Positions 1 to 8,743 of a DNA stretch of 32,000 bases are shown here, piece by piece. Position 1 is the stretch's first letter; each line of letters starts with the position of its first letter. The stretch comes from Candidatus Nanogingivalaceae bacterium (GTDB lineage Bacteria; Patescibacteriota; Saccharimonadia; Saccharimonadales; Saccharimonadaceae). The notes below the pieces were generated by a model that was given only the letters and a program-made list of their open reading frames with translations, ran no database searches and was not told the DNA's origin. The DNA lies in the NCBI GenBank assembly GCA_015257795.3, contig CP072208.2:180001-212000 (forward strand), in the 5' to 3' direction. The translations under genes were made by a program, and so were the position numbers.

Positions 1-1188
1 CCAATCCTTTCATTGTTTACAATTGTTGCTATAATCAAGAGTGTGCTTTCAATCATTGACGGCTTAACGGGCGGTAATCTACGTGGAACTCTTGACCGAA
101 TGTCTGGTAGAATAAATAATGGTATTAAAGAAAGTAGCCCTATACAGCATTGGAAAGATGCAGAAAATAGGCGTACTGTAGGTGATATTAGTTTTAGAGG
201 GCATAAACTTGGTAATGTTATTAGTGACGATAATAAATTCGGCCGCTATGTTAAGGGGATGGGTCTAACTAGAGCTAGAAGGCAATATAATTATGAACAG
301 AAAAGAGCTGCTCAGGAGTATGATAGGGATGGTGCGGCTATAGATAAGATTCTATCTAAAGAAAATCTAACACCAGAAGATTATCGAGAATTGGCGGCTA
401 GATCAAATAGCAGGGCTGCATTCGAGAAGAGCCAGACTGAAGGTATGACAGCTGTAATAGCTAGAGCAATATCTGGTAATGTCAATAACCTCGGAGGGCA
501 GTTAGATAAAATTGATAATGTATCTGATCCGAATCAGAAGGCGTTATTGTATGGTTCGGCTGCTCAAGCGGCTACAAAAGCTGGCTTAAGTGCTGCTGAT
601 CAGGAAGTAGCCATGAATAATATTGTCAATAGAGCTTTGAGTATCAAAGACGATACTCAAAGACAAGCGGCAATGACACAGATTGCTTCAAGAGCTGGTT
701 CTGATATGAAGAGCGCTAACCCAGCTGCAGCTAAGGCTGCTATGCAAGATGTTTCAAATTCTAATAACATCAAGAGTGTTTCCGATTTCGCAAAAGAGGC
801 TTCGACCTATGCTGGTGCTAGCGCCCAACAAATGTCTAGTTGGTCAACAATGTCAAGTAATAATACAGCAGATAATAAGGTTGTTGGTGCTATTAAGGAA
901 GCCTTTAAAAATGGTGATCAAGCACAAATTGCTCATGCACAGAATATAGGTAAGATTGCCGATCAAGCGCTTAAAGCGCATAACGAAGGTAAGATGTTCT
1001 TAACACCTGCGCAGGAAAGAAACTTTAAGGATGTATCGAATACTGTTAAAGTAAATACTCCTGCACCTGTAAGCTCACAAAATGTGCAGACAAGTGTAAA
1101 TTATAACACTCAGAGCCAATATACATATGGTGCTCCAGCGCCAACACCAAAATCGGTTGTAGGCCAGTATAAATCAAATAAACCATAG
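1..1188 (+). CDS. hypothetical protein, 5'-truncated by window edge; Ala/Ser/Asn/Gln-rich low-complexity C-terminal half
   Basis: The frame is open from base 1; the track ORF 13..1188 begins at an internal TTG. Stop is TAG 1186-1188, followed by a strong terminator. No family recognised. Arg codons are mostly AGA/AGG, unlike the CGA-rich neighbours. Confidence 0.55.
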   Translation, partial: PILSLFTIVAIIKSVLSIIDGLTGGNLRGTLDRMSGRINNGIKESSPIQHWKDAENRRTVGDISFRGHKLGNVISDDNKFGRYVKGMGLTRARRQYNYEQKRAAQEYDRDGAAIDKILSKENLTPEDYRELAARSNSRAAFEKSQTEGMTAVIARAISGNVNNLGGQLDKIDNVSDPNQKALLYGSAAQAATKAGLSAADQEVAMNNIVNRALSIKDDTQRQAAMTQIASRAGSDMKSANPAAAKAAMQDVSNSNNIKSVSDFAKEASTYAGASAQQMSSWSTMSSNNTADNKVVGAIKEAFKNGDQAQIAHAQNIGKIADQALKAHNEGKMFLTPAQERNFKDVSNTVKVNTPAPVSSQNVQTSVNYNTQSQYTYGAPAPTPKSVVGQYKSNKP

Positions 1189-1206
1189 CGTTCTAAATAA
1201 ATAAAA

Positions 1207-1232
1207 ACGCCCCGCTTAAGGGGTGTTTTTTC
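1207..1232 (+). terminator. rho-independent terminator
   Basis: ACGCCCC-gcttaa-GGGGTGT hairpin (7 bp, one G-U) followed by a T-run. Confidence 0.75.
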
Positions 1233-1241
1233 TATGTAAGT

Positions 1242-1250
1242 GTGCTAAAA
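1242..1250 (+). promoter_or_regulatory. extended -10 promoter (TGcTAAAAT) for murD
   Basis: TGnTAAAAT lies about 34 nt upstream of ATG 1284. SD GGAGAG at 1276-1281. Confidence 0.45.
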
Positions 1251-1283
1251 TAAAGATAGAATTCAACCTAAAAAAGGAGAGAT

Positions 1284-2618
1284 ATGAAAATTGCATTAAT
1301 TGGTTTTGGCCTTGAAACAAAAAGTGCTTACGAATATTTTAAAAAGTTAGATAAAAATACCGTTTTTGAGGTTTACGATGAACATGAAAACGGAAAGCTC
1401 AAATTACCAGAAGGCGTGGAATTTTTTGGTAATTTTCACGATTTTTCAAAAATTCAGGCAGATTTAATCGTACGAACTCCTGCAGTTAACCCTTCACGAT
1501 TGCCAAAAAATGTTAAAGTCACATCTGTTACGAATTTATTTTTCGAAAACTGCCCAGCACCAATTATTGGTGTGACGGGTTCAAAAGGTAAGGGTACGGT
1601 CTCGAGTTTTATTGCCGAAATTCTGCGAGCCGCAGGATTGAGAACCCACTTACTCGGTAATATTGGTATCCCTGCGCTAGATAAAATAAATGAAATCAAC
1701 GATCAGGATGTGGTTGTTTATGAATTAAGTAGTTTTCAGCTTTGGGATGCGCAAAAATCGCCGCACATTTCGATTTTAAACAATATTGAACCAGATCATC
1801 TAGACGTTCATAATGATTTCGAAGATTATGTTCAGGCCAAATTGAATATTGCAAAAAACCAAAAAGAAGGTGATTTCTTTATATTTAACCAAGAAAATTC
1901 AACGGTTTTGAATATGGTAGAAAGAATAAAATCAAACTTAAAATCCGAACTTCAACCATTTCCGAATTATGATCTGGCGCATGTTCAGGATGGTTATTTC
2001 TTGTGGGGTGATGAACTAATTTTTAGTACAGATATTCTGAAAATCCCTGGCGAACATAATCAAAAAAATGCTTGCGCGGCAATGATTGCAACTTTTGATT
2101 TATTACGTGAAAAAGGTTTTACACTTGAAGAAATCTTTGATTTTTGGCAAAAAGGACTTTCGAGTTTTACTGGATTGCCACACCGATTGAAATTCGTGAG
2201 AGAGGTTTCAGGAGTGCGTTTTTATGATGATTCTATTGCGACAACTCCTGGCAGCGCAATTGCAGCACTCAATGCTTTTAGTCAACCAAAAATTTTAATT
2301 CTTGGCGGTAGCGATAAGGGTGCAGACTTGAGTGAATTGATTGATAAAATTTCTAATTCATCCGAAGGCGAGCTTCGAGAGGTGATTTTAATGGGCGCAG
2401 AATCTTCAAAATTGGCTCAAAAATTAACTCAAGCAGGTTTTGAACGATTCATAAATTTGGGTCGAGAAACAAATATGCAAGAAGTTGTAAAAACTTCTTT
2501 CGAAAATGCCCAAAGCGGCGACGTGGTTATTCTAAGCCCAGCGCATGCCAGTTTTGATATGTTTAAAAGCTATACTGACCGAGGTGAACAGTTTATTGAA
2601 AATGTAAACCTTTTATGA
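1284..2618 (+). CDS. murD: UDP-N-acetylmuramoyl-L-alanine--D-glutamate ligase
   Basis: N-terminal Rossmann-like MKIALIGFG. Mur-ligase P-loop GVTGSKGKGT. C-terminal HRLKFVREVSGVRFYDDSIATTP is typical of MurD. 444 aa. Confidence 0.88.
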   Translation: MKIALIGFGLETKSAYEYFKKLDKNTVFEVYDEHENGKLKLPEGVEFFGNFHDFSKIQADLIVRTPAVNPSRLPKNVKVTSVTNLFFENCPAPIIGVTGSKGKGTVSSFIAEILRAAGLRTHLLGNIGIPALDKINEINDQDVVVYELSSFQLWDAQKSPHISILNNIEPDHLDVHNDFEDYVQAKLNIAKNQKEGDFFIFNQENSTVLNMVERIKSNLKSELQPFPNYDLAHVQDGYFLWGDELIFSTDILKIPGEHNQKNACAAMIATFDLLREKGFTLEEIFDFWQKGLSSFTGLPHRLKFVREVSGVRFYDDSIATTPGSAIAALNAFSQPKILILGGSDKGADLSELIDKISNSSEGELREVILMGAESSKLAQKLTQAGFERFINLGRETNMQEVVKTSFENAQSGDVVILSPAHASFDMFKSYTDRGEQFIENVNLL

Positions 2619-2624
2619 TAGAAT
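2616..2624 (+). promoter_or_regulatory. extended -10 promoter (TGaTAGAAT), leaderless-type, for mscL
   Basis: The -10 ends at 2624 and the in-frame ATG at 2632 is 7 nt downstream. The track start ATG 2623 sits inside the -10 box itself. Confidence 0.45.
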
Positions 2625-2631
2625 GTATGAT

Positions 2632-3078
2632 ATGAGTAAAAAAGATAATACAGTTAAGAAAACTACAAAGGTGAAGGCGGTTAAAAAAGCAACTGCTAAG
2701 CTTAAAAAAGTAGATCCAAAAGCACAGCTTGCAGGCTTTAAGAAGTTCATTAAAGACCAAGGATTAATCGGTATGGCTATCGGTTTGATTCTCGGAACTG
2801 CCTCTGGTGATCTTGTGAAATCTCTAATTAACAATATCATTATGCCTCCACTAGGCTTCGTTCTTGGTTCATCTGAAGGACTTAAGGGTGTTGTTTGGCA
2901 TATGGGAAAAACTCCAGCCGGAAAAGATGCGGTTCTTTCTTATGGTACATTCCTAAACGATGTAATTAACTTTTTGGTTATTGCTTTCGTTGTTTACTTT
3001 GTGCTTTTGTTCATTGAAAAACTTTTTGTTGACGATGAAGAAGAAGCAGCAGAAGCTGAAAAGGCGGCTAAAAAATAA
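2632..3078 (+). CDS. mscL: large-conductance mechanosensitive channel
   Basis: FKKFIKDQGLIGMAIGLILGTASGDLVKSLINNIIMPPLG matches the conserved MscL TM1/periplasmic-loop signature. A second TM and a charged C-terminal helix follow. The start could alternatively be 2623. Confidence 0.85.
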   Translation: MSKKDNTVKKTTKVKAVKKATAKLKKVDPKAQLAGFKKFIKDQGLIGMAIGLILGTASGDLVKSLINNIIMPPLGFVLGSSEGLKGVVWHMGKTPAGKDAVLSYGTFLNDVINFLVIAFVVYFVLLFIEKLFVDDEEEAAEAEKAAKK

Positions 3079-3084
3079 TTTTTT

Positions 3085-4164
3085 ATGGATAGGCTGAAAG
3101 CTCGCACGGGCAATATTTTAGATGAGCTTGAAAAAGCGAGCTTGAAGCTTAATCTTGAAGATAAGAAACAGCAACTAAATAACCTCGAAAGCGAAGTTTC
3201 AAATCCCGAAATTTGGTTGAATCCTTCTGTTGCGCAAGAAAAAATTAAAAAACTTGCCAATCTAAAGAAGGAAATTCATCCTTGGGTTGTTTTGAGAACG
3301 CAGGTCGAGGATATTTTTGAGTTGATAAATCTTGGTGATGAAGATCTCATAGAGGAATTCGAAAGTCAAATTTGTCAGTTCGAAAATGATTTTAAAGAGT
3401 TGCAAAAACAACTTCTTTTTAGCGGAGAATTTGATCACGGAGATGCAATTGTGCGTATTACGTCTGGTGTTGGCGGAACCGACGCACAAGATTTTGCCGA
3501 AATGCTTGAGCGAATGTATTTGCGCTGGTCGGAGAAAAATGAATTTAAAACTGAGCAGATTGAGCGCAGTACTGGTGAAGAAGCTGGAATAAAAACCAGT
3601 GTTTTTGAGGTTCAAGGGTTAAACGCTTATGGTAAACTTCGCAGCGAAAACGGAGTGCATCGTTTGGTACGAATTTCACCATTTAATAGTGCTGGAAGCC
3701 GTGAAACTTCTTTTGCACTGGTTGAGATTTTACCAAAAATTGATGCACCCGAACAAGTTGAGATTGCCGAAAAAGACTTACGAGTTGATGTTTATCGTTC
3801 TGGTGGAAAAGGCGGGCAGGGCGTGAACACGACTGATTCGGCAGTTCGAATCACGCACTTGCCAACCGGAATTGTTGTAGCGATTCAAAATGAGCGTTCG
3901 CAGACTCAAAATAAAGAGACCGCTATGAATATTTTACGTGGAAAGCTTGTGCAGATGAAAATGGAACAGCATGCGCAAAATCTAAGCGAACTTCAGGCTG
4001 GAAAGTCTGCTGATTGGGGCTCACAAATTCGAAACTATGTTCTCAACCCTTATAAATTAGTGAAAGACACTCGAACAAAATATGAAGAAAAAGATGTAGA
4101 TAAAGTCCTAAATGGTGAAATCGACGGATTTATTTACGCCTTTTTGGAATATTCTGAAGAGTAA
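3085..4164 (+). CDS. prfB: peptide chain release factor 2 (single uninterrupted frame)
   Basis: GGQ motif (SGGKGGQGVNTTDSAVRITHLPTG) and RF2-specific SPF tripeptide (RISPFNS). 359 aa in one frame. Confidence 0.92.
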   Translation: MDRLKARTGNILDELEKASLKLNLEDKKQQLNNLESEVSNPEIWLNPSVAQEKIKKLANLKKEIHPWVVLRTQVEDIFELINLGDEDLIEEFESQICQFENDFKELQKQLLFSGEFDHGDAIVRITSGVGGTDAQDFAEMLERMYLRWSEKNEFKTEQIERSTGEEAGIKTSVFEVQGLNAYGKLRSENGVHRLVRISPFNSAGSRETSFALVEILPKIDAPEQVEIAEKDLRVDVYRSGGKGGQGVNTTDSAVRITHLPTGIVVAIQNERSQTQNKETAMNILRGKLVQMKMEQHAQNLSELQAGKSADWGSQIRNYVLNPYKLVKDTRTKYEEKDVDKVLNGEIDGFIYAFLEYSEE

Positions 4165-4178
4165 AAAACTTAAGCATA

Positions 4179-4207
4179 TTGACAAAATGCTGTTTTTGTG
4201 ATATTAT
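4179..4207 (+). promoter_or_regulatory. sigma70-type promoter (-35 TTGACA, 17-nt spacer, TGaTATTAT)
   Basis: Canonical hexamers about 30 nt upstream of ATG 4238. Confidence 0.55.
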
Positions 4208-4237
4208 TTAAGTATTAATAAAAAATAAAACAAAAAT

Positions 4238-5620
4238 ATGAAAAAATTTAATACACTACAAATAGCAGAAACTTCCGAAAACGTGCAAGAATCAATAGAT
4301 AACCCGCTTCCAAAAGAGAAAGCGCGAGGTTTAGGTGGTGCAATTTTGGAAATTTCTGAAAAAACTAAGCATTTTTCGAAAAAGCGCGAACGGTTTACGT
4401 ATTTAAACAATCCAGATAGCCAAGAAGCGAAAGAGCATCTTGAAGATGAAATTGCGCTTAAAAACCGTCGTCAAGAAGAAATCGAAAATGGCTATTTTGA
4501 CGAGAAAGATGATTTCATCGTAAATCCAAAAGACTATAGAATTCTTTCGAAACAATTAGTTAACGGTGCTGGAAAAGCCGGAATCGATCTGGTTGCTTCA
4601 AAATATCTAAAACATGGAATTGCGCTTGCAGATATGGCTTCTCGATATGATACGGTTGTTTATCTCGACAAATCTGCACGACCGCTTGATGGCCTAGCTC
4701 GAAAAGTTCTTAAAAATGTAATGCCAGATAAAAAACGGCCAGATTCAAAATTTTTGAACATCGACAGAAATCAGATTTTCACGGAGCTTGGGTTTGGTAT
4801 TCGTGATGGCTATTTTAGTGATGGAACGGAAGGGAATAAACTGGCTGAAACAAGTCACTTTATTAACCGTTGGCAAATGGGAACTTCTCAAGAAACGAAA
4901 GACCGAATTTTAGCAGCGGTTCGTTCACAATTTTTAGACAAAGATGCTGAAATTGACATGAACGCATCAGAGGGTGAGATTATTCAGCAGATTTTGAAAG
5001 CGAAAACAACAGTTGAAGGTAAAAAAGTGATTGCGGTTGATGAAACTAGCTTTTCGGGTGCTACAATTGGCGTAGCTGGATTTCTGCTTAAGAAAGCCTT
5101 GCCGGAAGCTAAAGTTAACGAAAAAGGTTTTACTTTTTGGGAAAGTGAAGACAAGCAAGTTAAGTCTGAAGTTAATGGCGAAGTTAAATTAGTTCACGGT
5201 TCCGTGCCTGTTTGGTATGATAAAAATGACGATTTTGGCCGTGGTATTGGTGAGCGTAGCGAAAGCTATCACACTCGTCGTTTCGAAAATAATCCAACGC
5301 GATTAAACCTACTTCGAAAAGTTGGTGCTTCTGTTTTAGCTTCACCGCACCGTGATATTGATGAAAAATATCTTCGAGATGATAAATATGAAGATTTAAT
5401 GTATGACTTTGACCAGTTAATACATGACTATAAAGCTAATAAAATTTTAATTTCAGCGCCAATAACAAATTATGAAAGTCTAGATATTTTTTACGATTTG
5501 ATGGACGCGCAAGCTGAAAGTAAAAACTTAGAATTTAAAGATTTAGTTGAAATGAATAAAGTTCGAAACGAACATCGTAAAGAGATTTCCGAATTTGAGA
5601 CATTTAAAAAGCCCATGTAA
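4238..5620 (+). CDS. hypothetical protein with phosphoribosyltransferase-like (PRT) core
   Basis: KKVIAVDETSFSGATIG resembles the PRPP-binding loop of type I PRTases (hydrophobic-x-VD[DE]-x-x-x-[ST]G-x-T). YDTVVYLDKSARPL lies upstream. Long unrecognised N- and C-terminal extensions. Confidence 0.5.
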   Translation: MKKFNTLQIAETSENVQESIDNPLPKEKARGLGGAILEISEKTKHFSKKRERFTYLNNPDSQEAKEHLEDEIALKNRRQEEIENGYFDEKDDFIVNPKDYRILSKQLVNGAGKAGIDLVASKYLKHGIALADMASRYDTVVYLDKSARPLDGLARKVLKNVMPDKKRPDSKFLNIDRNQIFTELGFGIRDGYFSDGTEGNKLAETSHFINRWQMGTSQETKDRILAAVRSQFLDKDAEIDMNASEGEIIQQILKAKTTVEGKKVIAVDETSFSGATIGVAGFLLKKALPEAKVNEKGFTFWESEDKQVKSEVNGEVKLVHGSVPVWYDKNDDFGRGIGERSESYHTRRFENNPTRLNLLRKVGASVLASPHRDIDEKYLRDDKYEDLMYDFDQLIHDYKANKILISAPITNYESLDIFYDLMDAQAESKNLEFKDLVEMNKVRNEHRKEISEFETFKKPM

Positions 5621-5630
5621 AATGGGCTTT
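5608..5630. terminator. bidirectional hairpin terminator shared by convergent genes
   Basis: AAAGCCCAT-gtaaa-ATGGGCTTT is a perfect 9-bp stem. It overlaps both stop codons (TAA 5618-5620 on +, TAA complement 5629-5631 on -). Confidence 0.7.
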
Positions 5631-5880
5631 AGCTTTGTGCAATTTTTTTAATTTTGATTTTAGCTTCAGTCTGATCGTTTAAAAGATTTAATTCAAATCG
5701 CTGTTTTTCGTTTATAGCGATTTTTCCTTCAATGCGAATATAGTTTTCATACTGTTTTAAAAAATCAATTACAGCAGAGAATTCGCCATTCTCGGTTTTT
5801 AGTCGAACTCTATGCGGCAGTTTGATTCCGCTCGAAGCTAGATTACGAAAAATTTGCACATTTTTTATGGTTAACAACAA
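5629..5880 (-). CDS. hypothetical small protein (83 aa)
   Basis: TTG start preceded by AGGAGG (complement, about 9 nt upstream) and a canonical promoter. No family recognised. Confidence 0.55.
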   Translation of the reverse strand: MLLTIKNVQIFRNLASSGIKLPHRVRLKTENGEFSAVIDFLKQYENYIRIEGKIAINEKQRFELNLLNDQTEAKIKIKKIAQS

Positions 5881-5911
5881 ATAAAAGAACCTCCTTTTTT
5901 GGAATACCTAT

Positions 5912-5940
5912 ATAATAACATTTTTTATATAAAAAGTCAA
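5912..5940 (-). promoter_or_regulatory. sigma70-type promoter (-35 TTGACT, 17 nt, TGtTATTAT) for the 83-aa gene
   Basis: Read on the complement strand: ttgact-17nt-tattat, then a leader containing AGGAGG. Confidence 0.55.
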
Positions 5941-5982
5941 TATGTAGATTATTTAGCTAAAATTAAAAACTTTAAAAAACTC

Positions 5983-6011
5983 TTGCAATAAAAAAGCGTA
6001 TACTGTATAAT
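5983..6011 (+). promoter_or_regulatory. sigma70-type promoter (-35 TTGCAA, 17 nt, -10 TATAAT) for tRNA-Phe
   Basis: The -10 ends 10 nt before the tRNA 5' end. Confidence 0.6.
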
Positions 6012-6021
6012 TAAAAAGGTT

Positions 6022-6097
6022 GGCTCTTTAGCTCAGTTGGTAGAGCAGAGGCCTGAAGAGCCTTGTGTCCCCAGTTCGAGTCTGGGAGGAGCCACCA
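6022..6097 (+). tRNA. tRNA-Phe (anticodon GAA), CCA encoded
   Basis: Cloverleaf read by hand. Acceptor GGCTCTT/AGGAGCC, D-arm GCTC-AGTTGGTA-GAGC. Anticodon stem GAGGC/GCCTT with loop CTGAAGA. T-arm CCCAG-TTCGAGT-CTGGG, then ACCA. Confidence 0.93.
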
Positions 6098-6112
6098 ATT
6101 TTTTGATAAATT

Positions 6113-6135
6113 CCGCTTTGGCGGTTTTTTTTATT
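6113..6135 (+). terminator. rho-independent terminator after tRNA-Phe
   Basis: CCGC-tttg-GCGG followed by T8. Confidence 0.6.
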
Positions 6136-6160
6136 TTTTCGAAAATCAAATTAAAAGCAC

Positions 6161-6188
6161 TTGAAAATTTTAAAAACATAAGTATAAT
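6161..6188 (+). promoter_or_regulatory. promoter (-35 TTGAAA, 16 nt, -10 TATAAT), leaderless-type
   Basis: The -10 ends 6 nt before ATG 6195. No SD possible. Confidence 0.55.
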
Positions 6189-6194
6189 GGTAGT

Positions 6195-6872
6195 ATGAAT
6201 AGATTCAAAAAAGGTGCAGTAGAAGGCTCAACAATTGCAATTATTCTTTTGAGCATTGGATTTGCTGGTGCGGGTTCATTTGGTATTTGGGCTTATATTC
6301 AATATAATAATTCTAAAACCGATGTTGATGGTCAAATCAGCCTTGCCGTAGCTGATGCAAAAAGAAAACAACAAGAAGATGATGAAAAGAAATACAACGA
6401 GGAAAGGCGAAAAACTGTTAAAGAATTTCGTGCCCCAGAAGATCTAGGAAAAGTAACGTTTAGTTATCCAACATTCTGGAACCAATACGTTGAATCAAAC
6501 GGTTCTGACCGTAAAGGCTTCTTTGCTTATTTTTACCCTGAATCAGTCCCACCAGTTCCAAAGGACGAGCGAACTACACAACGATTTGGATTGCGAGTAT
6601 TCATCTACGAAAAGAACATGGACGAAGTTCTCAAAGAATTCAACGAAGCAATTAAAAAAGGTGAGCTTTCTTCTGAGACGGTAACTGTTAATGGTTATCC
6701 AGCAACCAAGATTGCAGGTTTGTTCCCAGGACCAGAAAAGAACAATCGAATCCGTGGAACAGCTTATTACTTTAAATTAAACAACAAAACGTTAATGATT
6801 CGAACAGACGCTGATACTTACAATAATGTTTTGAATGAAAACGTTTTGAGCACTCTAAAAATTAATGACTAG
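6195..6872 (+). CDS. hypothetical membrane-anchored protein (N-terminal TM, extracytoplasmic domain)
   Basis: One N-terminal hydrophobic helix (STIAIILLSIGFAGAGSFGIWAYI), then a charged linker and a ~150-aa globular region. No family recognised. Confidence 0.6.
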   Translation: MNRFKKGAVEGSTIAIILLSIGFAGAGSFGIWAYIQYNNSKTDVDGQISLAVADAKRKQQEDDEKKYNEERRKTVKEFRAPEDLGKVTFSYPTFWNQYVESNGSDRKGFFAYFYPESVPPVPKDERTTQRFGLRVFIYEKNMDEVLKEFNEAIKKGELSSETVTVNGYPATKIAGLFPGPEKNNRIRGTAYYFKLNNKTLMIRTDADTYNNVLNENVLSTLKIND

Positions 6873-6893
6873 CTTTAAAAAATAGCAAAAATT

Positions 6894-6902
6894 TGCTATA
6901 AT
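6894..6902 (+). promoter_or_regulatory. extended -10 promoter (TGcTATAAT), leaderless-type
   Basis: The -10 ends 6 nt before ATG 6909. Confidence 0.5.
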
Positions 6903-6908
6903 AAAAGC

Positions 6909-7625
6909 ATGAATGAGCGGGAGTTTTTAAATCTGGTAGCAAAAGAAAGTAGTTTTCTTGTTGCTGCTCACGAGATGAAAACCCCGCTTTCTATTATCCG
7001 GCAACTTTCGTTAACTTTAAATGATGATGGTACTGAAATTTCGGATGATGAACGATCGCGAATCCTTCGCCAGATCGATATAACTAGCGAAAGAGCTTTA
7101 CGATTAGTTCAGGATTTAACTAAAATTTCAAAGCTTGAAGATGCGATGTTTGAGCTGGAGCCAATAAATTCTAAAAAAATTTGTTGCGATGTTGTTTCTG
7201 AAATTTCAGATGTATTTAAACTCCACAATCGAGTTATCAGATTTAAAAATGTACGAAAAAATGAACTTATTGTTGCAAATTATGAACTTTTGCGTTCAGT
7301 TTTGATGAATTTTTCAGATAACGCGCTTTATTCTTCGAACGAAAAAACTGAAGTTGAAATCAAGGTTTCGAACATTGGTGAAAAGGTTCGAATTTCTGTG
7401 CGTGATTTTGGTGATGAATTGCCACTTTCAATTTGGCGCGCCGTTAAAAAGCAAAATCATCAACCCGTGCAGGCCAGCTCACGTCCGCAAAGTTCGGGTT
7501 TGGGTATTTTTATTGCGCAAAGTTTTGCTACGGCAATGGGTGCTAAAATTGGTGTAATTCGCCACCGCAACGGAAGCACATTTTATATAGATTTAAACCG
7601 TTCTGGTCAATTGAGTTTGTTGTGA
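6909..7625 (+). CDS. sensor histidine kinase core (HisKA + HATPase), no TM or sensor domain
   Basis: H-box FLVAAHEMKTPLS, N-box NFSDNALYSS, G-boxes VRDFGDEL and SGLGIFIAQS. Only 238 aa and no hydrophobic segment. Confidence 0.8.
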   Translation: MNEREFLNLVAKESSFLVAAHEMKTPLSIIRQLSLTLNDDGTEISDDERSRILRQIDITSERALRLVQDLTKISKLEDAMFELEPINSKKICCDVVSEISDVFKLHNRVIRFKNVRKNELIVANYELLRSVLMNFSDNALYSSNEKTEVEIKVSNIGEKVRISVRDFGDELPLSIWRAVKKQNHQPVQASSRPQSSGLGIFIAQSFATAMGAKIGVIRHRNGSTFYIDLNRSGQLSLL

Positions 7626-7987
7626 AAAAAATTTTAATTATTGAAGATAATGTGATTTTGGCTGAAAATTTTGAGCGAATTCTACGCAAGAATTTTGAAA
7701 TTTCGCACGCCAATTCAGCCGAAAAGGCAATTTTAAAAATTAATAAAAGGTTGCCAGATTTGATTCTTTTAGATATTCTGCTTGAAGGTCATTCGGCATT
7801 TGCGCTACTAAACGAGCTCCAAAGTTATGCTGATACGGCAAGGATTCCAGTTGTCGTTTGCTCAGACTTAGCAGCTGAACTCGAAATGGAAAGTTTAAAA
7901 CATTTTAACGTTCGGGATATTTTTGAAAAATCACAGTTTCAACCACGAGAGTTGCGAGAAAGAATAAGTGAGATTATAAATGAATAA
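7622..7987 (+). CDS. single-domain response regulator (receiver only)
   Basis: MKKILIIEDN...PDLILLDILL receiver signature. The GTG start overlaps the kinase stop (GTGA). Confidence 0.8.
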   Translation: MKKILIIEDNVILAENFERILRKNFEISHANSAEKAILKINKRLPDLILLDILLEGHSAFALLNELQSYADTARIPVVVCSDLAAELEMESLKHFNVRDIFEKSQFQPRELRERISEIINE

Positions 7988-8660
7988 CACACGAAAAAAA
8001 ACTTTAGCGATAGTCCTGCGACGAACTGATTTTGGCGAGGCTGATCGAATCGTAAATTTATTAACACCAAGCGGAAAAGTGAGCGCAATGGCGCGTGGTG
8101 TTCGAAGACCAAAATCGAAACTTGCTGGTGGAATCGAATTTTTTGCGCTAAACGAGGTTGTTCTAATTGAAGGGAAAAGTGAAATGCGCACACTTTCCTC
8201 GGCGCGAATGCGAGAATTTTTTGGTGAAATTTTAAAGGACTTCGAGCGAACCGAGTTTGCATATCAGGCGATAAAAACGATTTCTTGGCTTTGCGAACAG
8301 ATTGAGAGTGGTGATTTTTTTGAAATTCTATTAACAGTTTTTCGAAGTTTAAATAATTTTGAGATTGACTTAAGTCTAACGAAAAAATGGTTTAATTTAA
8401 AGATGGCTGAATTTTCTGGTGATGAAATCAACCTTGAAAGCGACAAGAATGGTAAACCCCTGCAGGCAGATTTAACTTATAGCTTCGATTTTTATGATAA
8501 AGTTTTTGTTGAAGATAGTGAAGGTGATTTCAATGCTAATCATATAAAATTTTTAAGATTAATGCTTTCTAGTCAGCCGCAAATTATCTCAAAAGTAAAG
8601 GGTAATGAGAAGATTTTAGAAGATTTAAAAGAGGTGTTTTTTATGCTGAATAAAAAATAA
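7980..8660 (+). CDS. recO: DNA repair protein RecO
   Basis: N-terminal OB-fold signature LAIVLRRTDFGEADRIVNLLTPSGKVSAMARGVRRPKSKLAGGIEFF. 226 aa. 8-nt overlap with the receiver gene. Confidence 0.8.
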   Translation: MNNTRKKTLAIVLRRTDFGEADRIVNLLTPSGKVSAMARGVRRPKSKLAGGIEFFALNEVVLIEGKSEMRTLSSARMREFFGEILKDFERTEFAYQAIKTISWLCEQIESGDFFEILLTVFRSLNNFEIDLSLTKKWFNLKMAEFSGDEINLESDKNGKPLQADLTYSFDFYDKVFVEDSEGDFNANHIKFLRLMLSSQPQIISKVKGNEKILEDLKEVFFMLNKK

Positions 8661-8688
8661 AAAAACGCTTGCGTTTATTTTTAAAAAA

Positions 8689-8697
8689 TGATATACT
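8689..8697 (+). promoter_or_regulatory. extended -10 promoter (TGaTATACT)
   Basis: Lies upstream of SD AGGAGAG (8734-8740) and ATG 8744. Confidence 0.45.
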
Positions 8698-8743
8698 TGG
8701 GGTAAGATAAGTGTTTTATTTAAATAAAAAAATAGGAGAGAAG

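Noticed and set aside
3085-4164. Programmed +1 frameshift site (CTT TGA C) typical of prfB, and possible UGA recoding.
   Set aside because: RF2 is encoded in one continuous frame with no early in-frame TGA. TGA terminates murD (2616-2618) and the histidine kinase gene (7623-7625). The window is therefore consistent with the standard code and a non-autoregulated prfB.
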